DNA of 64,000 bases from Patescibacteria group bacterium (GTDB lineage Bacteria; Patescibacteriota; Patescibacteriia; JAXHNJ01), in contig JAXHNJ010000001.1 of assembly GCA_034520665.1 (NCBI GenBank), positions 258,579-322,578 of the forward strand, in the 5' to 3' direction. This document shows positions 57,002-64,000 of this stretch, one piece after another; within the stretch, counting starts at the first letter, position 1; the number at the start of each line of letters is the position of its first letter. Made by a program: the position numbers and the translations under genes. The notes under the pieces are model-generated. The model was not told the DNA's origin. It saw only the letters and a list, made by a program, of their open reading frames with translations, and searched no databases.

Positions 57002-57159
57002 TTGTTAAATTGAAAGGAGGAAGAATGATTTTTATACGGGAGACATCCCCGTAAAGGTCACACGGGCCTAATTAGTACCTTATTGCCCTGAAATAAATAA
57101 TTTCAGGGCAATTTTTTTATTTTTCTAATATAATAAAATATGTTATAATAAATTCTATT

Positions 57160-58320
57160 ATGAGGCTAAAAACTTTTTCAAAAGCCAAGGTAAAAAACAA
57201 AAAAGTAATACTGCGCTGCGGTTTTGATGTGCCTTTTAGCAAAAAGGGAAAAATAGAAGACGATACCCGCATTAAACAAAGCCTGCCGACGATTAAATAT
57301 TTAATTAAAAATAAAGCCAAAGTAATTATAATTAGTCATAATGGCCGTCCTGGGGGAAAGTATGTTAAAAGGTTATCTATGGATGAGATTGGGCAAAAAC
57401 TTTCAAAATTTTTAAGAAAAAAAGTAAAAAAACTGGATGATTGTGTTGGCAGTAAAGTTAAAGAAAAAGTGGCTAAAATGAAGCCGGGGTCCGTAATTTT
57501 GCTGGAAAATCTAAGGTTTCACCAAGGAGAAAAAAATAAAGACCCGAAATTTATCCAAGCTCTGGTTGATTTAGGGGAAATTTATATAAATGATGCTTTT
57601 GCTAATTCTCATCGTGATCATGCTTCTATGTTTGGCATCACTCATTATTTGCCTAGTTATGCGGGTTTGTTAGTGAAAAAAGAAATTAATTTTTTACAAA
57701 AGTTTATAAAAAAACCAAAAAAGCCGTTTGTGGCTATTGTTGGCGGAGCAAAAATTTCCAGCAAATTAAAAGCCGTGGTTAGCTTATTTAAAAAAACAGA
57801 CGCCTTGCTTTTGGGCGGGGCTTTGGCTAACACTATTTTAAAGGCTAAAGGGCTTCAGGTCGGTCAGTCTTTGATTGAGGATAATATGATCAAAAAAGTA
57901 AAAAAAATGAAATTAACTGATATCCGGCTAAAAATTCCCGTGGATGTAGTGGTAGCCAGAGGCAAAAAAGCTTATCAAAGGCCGGTCGGAGGAGTAGATG
58001 AGCAGGAAAAAATTTATGATATTGGTCAAGACACTATTACTTTGTATAAAGAAATAATAAAAAAAGCCGGGCAAGTGGTCTGGGCCGGACCAATGGGATT
58101 TTTTGAGGATAAACGTTTTCAAAAAGGCAGTTACGCCATAGCCCAGGCTATAAGTCGAAGTTCGGCGGTTTCTCTGGTCGGTGGGGGAGACACTCTGGAT
58201 GTATTAAATGAATTAAATTTAAAAAATAAAATCAGTCATATTTCTACTGGCGGCGGGGCCATGCTGGAATTTTTAACCAAAGGCACTTTGCCGGCTTTAA
58301 AACCATTAATTAAAAAATAA
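57160..58320 (+). CDS. pgk: phosphoglycerate kinase
   Basis: SHNGRP, LLENLRF, NDAF, GGAKISSK, GGGDT, STGGGA. Confidence 0.96.
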   Translation: MRLKTFSKAKVKNKKVILRCGFDVPFSKKGKIEDDTRIKQSLPTIKYLIKNKAKVIIISHNGRPGGKYVKRLSMDEIGQKLSKFLRKKVKKLDDCVGSKVKEKVAKMKPGSVILLENLRFHQGEKNKDPKFIQALVDLGEIYINDAFANSHRDHASMFGITHYLPSYAGLLVKKEINFLQKFIKKPKKPFVAIVGGAKISSKLKAVVSLFKKTDALLLGGALANTILKAKGLQVGQSLIEDNMIKKVKKMKLTDIRLKIPVDVVVARGKKAYQRPVGGVDEQEKIYDIGQDTITLYKEIIKKAGQVVWAGPMGFFEDKRFQKGSYAIAQAISRSSAVSLVGGGDTLDVLNELNLKNKISHISTGGGAMLEFLTKGTLPALKPLIKK

Positions 58321-58321
58321 T

Positions 58322-59578
58322 ATGAACCCAATAAAAAATATCAAAGCTATAGAAATTCTTGATTCACGGGGTAATCCGACCGTGCAGACAAAAATAACTT
58401 TAAAAAACGGAGTTTCAGCTAAAGCTTCAGTGCCCTCCGGGGCTTCTACTGGCGAGCACGAAGCGCATGAATTAAGAGACCAGGATCAAGAAAGATATAA
58501 TGGTCTGGGTGTATTAAAAGCTGTTGATAATGTTAATAAAATAATGGCTAAAAAATTAAAGAACCAAGATGTCTCCAAACAAAAAGAAATTGATAAAAGA
58601 TTGATTGAGCTTGATAACACTAAAAATAAATCAAAACTGGGGGCTAACGCTATTTTGTCAGTTTCTTTGGCTTGTGCCCGGGCTGGTGCCAAAGTCAAGG
58701 GTCAGCCATTGTATAAATATATTAGAGAAACCTATAATTTTAAAAAGAAAAAGAGATTTCCCATACCCATGATGAATATTTTTAATGGCGGTAAGCACGC
58801 TGATACCAATCTGGATTTTCAGGAGTTTATGATTGTGCCGGTTTTAGAAAAAAATATCGATGATAAAATAAGAGTCGGAGCCGAGATTTTTCACGTCTTA
58901 GGCCAGATATTACGGGAAAAAGGTTATGATACTGATGTCGGTAATGAAGGCGGGTATGCTCCGGATATTGATCATACTATCGATGCCTTGGATATGATTA
59001 TGACGGCTATTAAAAGAGCTGGTTATGAACCGGGGCGTGATGTATTTTTAGCCACTGATGTTGGAGCTTCTATTTTGTATGATCAGAAAAAGAAAGAGTA
59101 TATTTTTAAGCTGGATAATTCCTCTTTAAGTTCTGATCAGCTGATTGAGCTTTACTCTACCTGGCTGAAAAAATACCCCTTTATTTCTATAGAAGACGGC
59201 TTGGATGAAGATGATTTTTCCGGCTGGCAGAAAATGAATCATGAACTGGGAGATAAGGTGATGTTGGTAGGAGACGATCTTTTTGTCACTAATATAAAGA
59301 GATTAGAAAAAGGTATTAAAGAAAAACTAGCCAATGCTATTTTAATCAAGCCTAATCAAATCGGCACTTTATCAGAAACAATTGACTGTATAAATTTAGC
59401 CCAAAAAAATAAATTTAAAATTAATGTTTCCCACCGTTCCGGTGAAACCAATGACGATTTTATTAGTGATCTGGCTTTTGCTTGTGGGGCTGATTTTATC
59501 AAAGCTGGAGCTCCTTCTCGGGGAGAGAGATTGGCTAAATATAATCGTTTACTAGAAATCTATGAACAGGAAAAATAA
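58322..59578 (+). CDS. eno: enolase
   Basis: DSRGNPT, PSGASTG, SHRSGET, KYNRLL. Confidence 0.97.
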   Translation: MNPIKNIKAIEILDSRGNPTVQTKITLKNGVSAKASVPSGASTGEHEAHELRDQDQERYNGLGVLKAVDNVNKIMAKKLKNQDVSKQKEIDKRLIELDNTKNKSKLGANAILSVSLACARAGAKVKGQPLYKYIRETYNFKKKKRFPIPMMNIFNGGKHADTNLDFQEFMIVPVLEKNIDDKIRVGAEIFHVLGQILREKGYDTDVGNEGGYAPDIDHTIDALDMIMTAIKRAGYEPGRDVFLATDVGASILYDQKKKEYIFKLDNSSLSSDQLIELYSTWLKKYPFISIEDGLDEDDFSGWQKMNHELGDKVMLVGDDLFVTNIKRLEKGIKEKLANAILIKPNQIGTLSETIDCINLAQKNKFKINVSHRSGETNDDFISDLAFACGADFIKAGAPSRGERLAKYNRLLEIYEQEK

Positions 59579-61127
59579 TAAAAAACCGACTCTTCTGGTA
59601 ATTTTAGACGGACTGGGTCTGGCGCCGCCAGGACCAGGTAATGCTTTTCATTTGGCTAAAACACCCTTTATCGATTCTTTGTTTAAAGAATATCCCAACA
59701 CTCAGCTCAAGGCCTCGGGTACTTCAGTCGGCCTGCCTCATGGCCAGCACGGCAATTCTGAAGCCGGGCATATGAATATTGGCTCCGGTCGGGTGGTTTT
59801 GCAGGACTCAGTTAAGATTACTAATTCTATTGAGAACAAATCATTTTTTGAAAACGCGGCCTTTTTAGAAAGTATTAAGCATGTTAAAAAGCATAACTCT
59901 TCCCTTCATATTATGGGCTTGATTTCGCGCACCCAAAGCCCTCATATGGATCCCAATCACTTAGAAGCCCTGATTAAACTTTGTCATCAAAAAAAAGTTA
60001 AAAAAGTTTATTGCCATTTTTTTACTGACGGACGTGATTCTCCGCAGTTTGCTGCTTTGGAAATAATAAAGAAAATAAAAAAGAAATTAAAACCAAATCA
60101 GAAAATAGCTACTTTAGCCGGGCGTTATTACTTAAATCGGAAAAAAGACTGGCCAGTGACGGAAAAAATTTATAACACCTTAGTATTGGGAGAAGATGAC
60201 CTGTTTGATAATTCAGTCAAAGCCATTGTTCATAATTATAATCAAAGGCACACTGATGAATTTATTCAGCCGACTATAATCGCTAAAAATAATAAAGAAA
60301 AAATGGATTCAAGAATTGATGATAATGACTCGGTAATTTTTTATAATTTGAGGTCTGACCGGGCTCGTCAACTGACCAAGCCTTTTGTTCAGGACAAATT
60401 TAGAAAAATGAATCCAGGAGCTTTCAAAAGAAAAAAAATATTAAAAAATATTCGTTTTGTGGCTATGACCAATTTTGGTCCGGATTTGCCCGGAGTTTTA
60501 ACCGCTTATCCGGCTGAATCTTTAAACATGACTTTACCCCTGACTTTAACTCATCTACAACAGCTTTATTTAACTGAGACGGAAAAATATGCTCATCTCA
60601 CTTATTTCTTCAATGGGGGTCACAATGCCCCGATCGGTGGTGAAGAAAGGGAAGTTATTAATTCACCGAGCGTGCGAAATTATAAGGAAACACCTAAAAT
60701 GAGTTCGCCTAAAATATTAAACCGTATTTTGGAAGTTTTAGAGAAAGACAAGTATCATTTTATCTCGGTTAATTTCTGTAATCCGGATATGATTGGGCAT
60801 ACTGGTAAATTAAAAGCGGGTATAAAGGCTATGGAATATCTGGACGGATGTTTGAAAAAGCTTGTGATAGCTGTTTTAAACAAGAATGGCACATTATTTA
60901 TAACAGCTGATCATGGTAATATTGAGAAAATGACCGATCTCGAAACTGGTGAAGTCAATACGGAGCACACTTCTAATCCAGTACCTTTTATTATGGTTAA
61001 TAAAAATTCCAATAAATATAAGTTTGATAAAAGTGGAGTTTTGGGTAATATTGCTCCGACCATCCTAAAATTTTTAGATATTAATAAACCTCAAGAAATG
61101 ACTAAAAAATCTCTATGCCAGTTTTAA
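59562..61127 (+). CDS. gpmI: 2,3-BPG-independent phosphoglycerate mutase
   Basis: ILDG, GNSEAGH, DGRD, TEKYAH, DMIGHTG, ADHGN. Confidence 0.93.
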   Translation: MNRKNNKKPTLLVILDGLGLAPPGPGNAFHLAKTPFIDSLFKEYPNTQLKASGTSVGLPHGQHGNSEAGHMNIGSGRVVLQDSVKITNSIENKSFFENAAFLESIKHVKKHNSSLHIMGLISRTQSPHMDPNHLEALIKLCHQKKVKKVYCHFFTDGRDSPQFAALEIIKKIKKKLKPNQKIATLAGRYYLNRKKDWPVTEKIYNTLVLGEDDLFDNSVKAIVHNYNQRHTDEFIQPTIIAKNNKEKMDSRIDDNDSVIFYNLRSDRARQLTKPFVQDKFRKMNPGAFKRKKILKNIRFVAMTNFGPDLPGVLTAYPAESLNMTLPLTLTHLQQLYLTETEKYAHLTYFFNGGHNAPIGGEEREVINSPSVRNYKETPKMSSPKILNRILEVLEKDKYHFISVNFCNPDMIGHTGKLKAGIKAMEYLDGCLKKLVIAVLNKNGTLFITADHGNIEKMTDLETGEVNTEHTSNPVPFIMVNKNSNKYKFDKSGVLGNIAPTILKFLDINKPQEMTKKSLCQF

Positions 61128-62710
61128 AAAACAGACCAGTCATGTTAGTTATTTTAGACGGCTGGGGTATAGCTCCGCCTTCAAGAGCTAATGCTATTAG
61201 CCAAGCTAAAACTCCGGTTATGGATAAAGTTTTAGCTACTTATCCGGCTTTAACTTTGCAGGCTAGTGGTGAGTCAGTTGGCTTGCCCTGGGGAGAAATG
61301 GGTAATTCAGAAGTCGGTCATATGAATATCGGGGCTGGTAAGATTATTTATCAGGATTTACCACGGATAAATAAAGCCATTATAGATAAAACTTTTTTTC
61401 AAAATAAAGCTTTTTTAAAAGCTAGTAAAAAAGTAAAAGAAAATAATTCTAAATTACATATAATGGGCTTGGTTTCTACTGGTAGTGTTCACAGTTCCTT
61501 GGACCACCTTTTTTCTTTACTGGAATTTTGCCAAAAAGAAAAAATTAATCAAGTATTTATACACTGCTTTTTAGATGGCCGTGATACACCGCCGGATTCA
61601 GGCAAAAATTTTATTAGTAAACTTCAAGCCAAGATAAAGGAACTAAAAGTAGGGAAAATTGCCAGTCTGTCCGGACGCTTTTATGCTATGGACCGTGATA
61701 ATCGCTGGGATCGTACAGCCAAAGCTTATGAGGCCATAGTCAAAGGAAAATCTGAAAAAATGGGTGCCGATCCCATGAAAATGCTGGATCAATCTTATAA
61801 AAATAGTGTTTATGATGAGGAATTTGTTCCCAGTGTGATTACTCAGTCTGGCCAACCTATAGCTACGGTTGATAATAAAGACGCGGTTATTTATTTTAAT
61901 TTCCGTTCTGATCGGGCCAGACAACTGACTAAAGCTTTTGTTTTACCGGGTTTTGAGAAGTTTAAAAGAGGAAAATATCTTAAGGATCTTTGTTTTGTCT
62001 GTATGACTGAATACGAAGATAATTTGCCTGTTGAAGTGGCTTTTCCGCCCGAAGAAATTAAAAATCCCTTGGGTAAAATTATTTCTGATCATAAATTAAA
62101 GCAATTGCACGCGGCTGAAACCGAAAAGTATGCTCATGTTACCTTTTTTATAAATGGAGAAAGAGAGGAGCCCTTTTTTGGTGAAGAAAGAATATTAATT
62201 CCTTCGCCCAAGGTATCATCTTATGACCAGAAACCGGAAATGTCCTGTGAAAAATTAACCAAGGAATTGATTAAAGCTATAGAAAGTGAAAAATATGATT
62301 TTTGTGTGGTTAATTATGCTAATCCGGATATGGTCGGCCATACTGGTAATTTTCCAGCCATAATTAAGGCTATAGAAGCTATTGACGAATGTTTAGGCCA
62401 TTTAATTGACAGCTTATTAAATGTAAACGGAGTAATGGTTATTATTGCTGATCACGGTAATGCTGAGGAAAAAATAGATTTGCAAACTGGCTTTATTATA
62501 AAAGAACACTCTACTAATCCCGTCCCCTTTATTCTTATTGGTAATGAGTGGGAAAATCATCCCACTTCATTAGCTTTAGGCCATGATTTAAGCTCACTAA
62601 CACCAAGCGGGCTTTTATCTGATGTGGCTCCGACTGTTTTAGCTTTAATTGGTCTGGAAAAACCAGATGACATGACTGGGCAGAATTTACTTAAATATAT
62701 TAAAAATTAA
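61115..62710 (+). CDS. gpmI: 2,3-BPG-independent phosphoglycerate mutase (second paralog)
   Basis: ILDGWG, GNSEVGH, GRFYAMDRD, DMVGHTG, ADHGN. Confidence 0.95.
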   Translation: MPVLKNRPVMLVILDGWGIAPPSRANAISQAKTPVMDKVLATYPALTLQASGESVGLPWGEMGNSEVGHMNIGAGKIIYQDLPRINKAIIDKTFFQNKAFLKASKKVKENNSKLHIMGLVSTGSVHSSLDHLFSLLEFCQKEKINQVFIHCFLDGRDTPPDSGKNFISKLQAKIKELKVGKIASLSGRFYAMDRDNRWDRTAKAYEAIVKGKSEKMGADPMKMLDQSYKNSVYDEEFVPSVITQSGQPIATVDNKDAVIYFNFRSDRARQLTKAFVLPGFEKFKRGKYLKDLCFVCMTEYEDNLPVEVAFPPEEIKNPLGKIISDHKLKQLHAAETEKYAHVTFFINGEREEPFFGEERILIPSPKVSSYDQKPEMSCEKLTKELIKAIESEKYDFCVVNYANPDMVGHTGNFPAIIKAIEAIDECLGHLIDSLLNVNGVMVIIADHGNAEEKIDLQTGFIIKEHSTNPVPFILIGNEWENHPTSLALGHDLSSLTPSGLLSDVAPTVLALIGLEKPDDMTGQNLLKYIKN

Positions 62711-62722
62711 AATAGCAAATTT

Positions 62723-63718
62723 ATGAAAAAATACGATGTCGTTTCCATTGGTGGAGCTACTCGTGATATAATATTTTATACTGATCAGGGTGAAGTTATT
62801 TCTACGCCGCAGGATTTAACGCGTCAGAAAATGATCAGTTTTGAATACGGCGCTAAATTAATTTCTCGGGAAGTAAGATTTGGCACTGGTGGGGGCGGTT
62901 GTAATACGGCGGTCTGCTTGTCTCGCCTGGGACTAAAGACAGCTAACTTTGTGGCCATTGGACAAGACACTGAAGGAGAAAGAATTTCAGCTACTTTAAA
63001 AGAAGAAGGGGTGGAAACTAAGTTTATTGAAACCAAAAAAGAAGTTGGCACTGGTTTTTCTCTGCTAGTGATTGATGAAAAAAGCAAGGAACATGTCGCT
63101 TTTCTTTATCGTGGAGCCAATGATAAATTAGAGTTAAAAAATGATTTAGAAAAAGTTAATACTGATTGGTTTTATATGTCTTCTCTTTCTGGCAAAAATT
63201 GGCCGATGATTTCTGATAAAGTTATCCAACGTATTAAAGGAGACGGCTGCCACTTAGCCTGGAACCCGGGAGAAACTCAGCTTCAGGCCGGTATGAAAGC
63301 CATTAAAGATTTACTGGCTTATACCAAGGTGTTAATTCTTAATAAAGATGAATCTATTGAGCTGGTTTTAGAAAATAAAGGGAAAATTAAAGATATAAAG
63401 AAACCAGAAATTTTACTCAAAGAAATACAAAGCTGGGGACCGGATATTTTTGTACTAACTGATGGACGAGAAGGATCATACGCCTATGATGGTCAAAAGA
63501 TTTATTTTTCAGAAATTTTAGATACTAAAGTTATGGACACCACTGGCGCTGGGGACTGTTTTGGTTCCAGTTTTGTAGCTGGCTTAGAAATGTTTAAAGG
63601 AGATATTGATAAATCAATTAAGCTGGGTATTTATAACACTTCATCTCTGGTTACTAAGCCCGGCGCTCAAAACGGACTCTTATACAAAAAAGATTTAAAA
63701 AAATATTATAAAAATTAA
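62723..63718 (+). CDS. PfkB family carbohydrate kinase
   Basis: GGGGCNTA, NKDE, DTTGAGDCF. Confidence 0.9.
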   Translation: MKKYDVVSIGGATRDIIFYTDQGEVISTPQDLTRQKMISFEYGAKLISREVRFGTGGGGCNTAVCLSRLGLKTANFVAIGQDTEGERISATLKEEGVETKFIETKKEVGTGFSLLVIDEKSKEHVAFLYRGANDKLELKNDLEKVNTDWFYMSSLSGKNWPMISDKVIQRIKGDGCHLAWNPGETQLQAGMKAIKDLLAYTKVLILNKDESIELVLENKGKIKDIKKPEILLKEIQSWGPDIFVLTDGREGSYAYDGQKIYFSEILDTKVMDTTGAGDCFGSSFVAGLEMFKGDIDKSIKLGIYNTSSLVTKPGAQNGLLYKKDLKKYYKN

Positions 63719-63733
63719 AGAAAGGATATTATT

Positions 63734-64000
63734 ATGTCAAAAGATTCAAACACAGACGAGGCTACCGAAGCCTTGTTAAAAGAAGAAAAATTATACAAGC
63801 CTTCAGAAGAAGTTAAAAAGTTGGCTAATGTTAAAGATTATGAAGCAGTAGTAAAAAAAGCGTCAGAAGATTATGAGGGTTTTTGGGCCGAAGCCGCCCA
63901 AGAATTAGATTGGTATAAAGAATGGGACGAAGTTTTGGATGAAAGCAAAAAACCTTTTTATAAATGGTTTAAAGGCGGTCAGATTAATATTTTTCATAAT
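63734..64000 (+). CDS. acs: acetyl-CoA synthetase, N-terminal part (runs off the window)
   Basis: FWAEAAQELDWYKEWDEVLD..PFYKWFKGGQIN is the conserved ACS N-terminal signature. Confidence 0.8.
   Translation, partial: MSKDSNTDEATEALLKEEKLYKPSEEVKKLANVKDYEAVVKKASEDYEGFWAEAAQELDWYKEWDEVLDESKKPFYKWFKGGQINIFHN

Noticed and set aside
1-64000. tRNA/rRNA genes and the many short minus-strand track ORFs
   Set aside because: No cloverleaf or rRNA signatures were recognised by eye; the short antisense ORFs overlap well-supported + strand genes.

Overview
Low-GC bacterial chromosomal window with almost all genes on the + strand. Gene content (lexA-small ORF-dinB, a minimal group 3b NiFe-hydrogenase cluster, pgk-eno-gpmI-gpmI-pfkB-acs) suggests Patescibacteria/CPR; this is inference, as no marker gene is present. 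0.47-15.6 kb is an integron-like array of about 16 cassettes (NUDIX, hydrolase, GNATs, methyltransferases, HD, VTT/DedA, 2H phosphoesterase, fused R-M-S restriction enzyme) with no integrase in the window. It has three unusual properties. (i) It is built from four tandem attI-like platforms, joined by a 24-bp direct repeat that also bounds both ends, and each platform carries XerC/loxP-like arms. (ii) The attC-like sites share a branched two-hairpin loop, and two are expanded to ~540 and ~710 bp because a complete antisense gene (promoter, RBS, ORF, terminator) sits inside the loop. (iii) Cassette ends carry 14-28 bp inverted repeats that often mirror the last codons of the gene. Downstream lie an AbiEi/AbiEii pair, four antisense promoter-to-terminator structured ncRNA candidates, an SOS locus invaded by a RAYT transposase and REP elements, a putative secreted toxin/immunity array with duplicated leaders, an acyltransferase/HAD/7TM-kinase module, the hydrogenase cluster, a REP-rich noncoding tract and glycolytic genes. 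No rRNA, tRNA or CRISPR was recognised. All calls are by eye; no database was searched.
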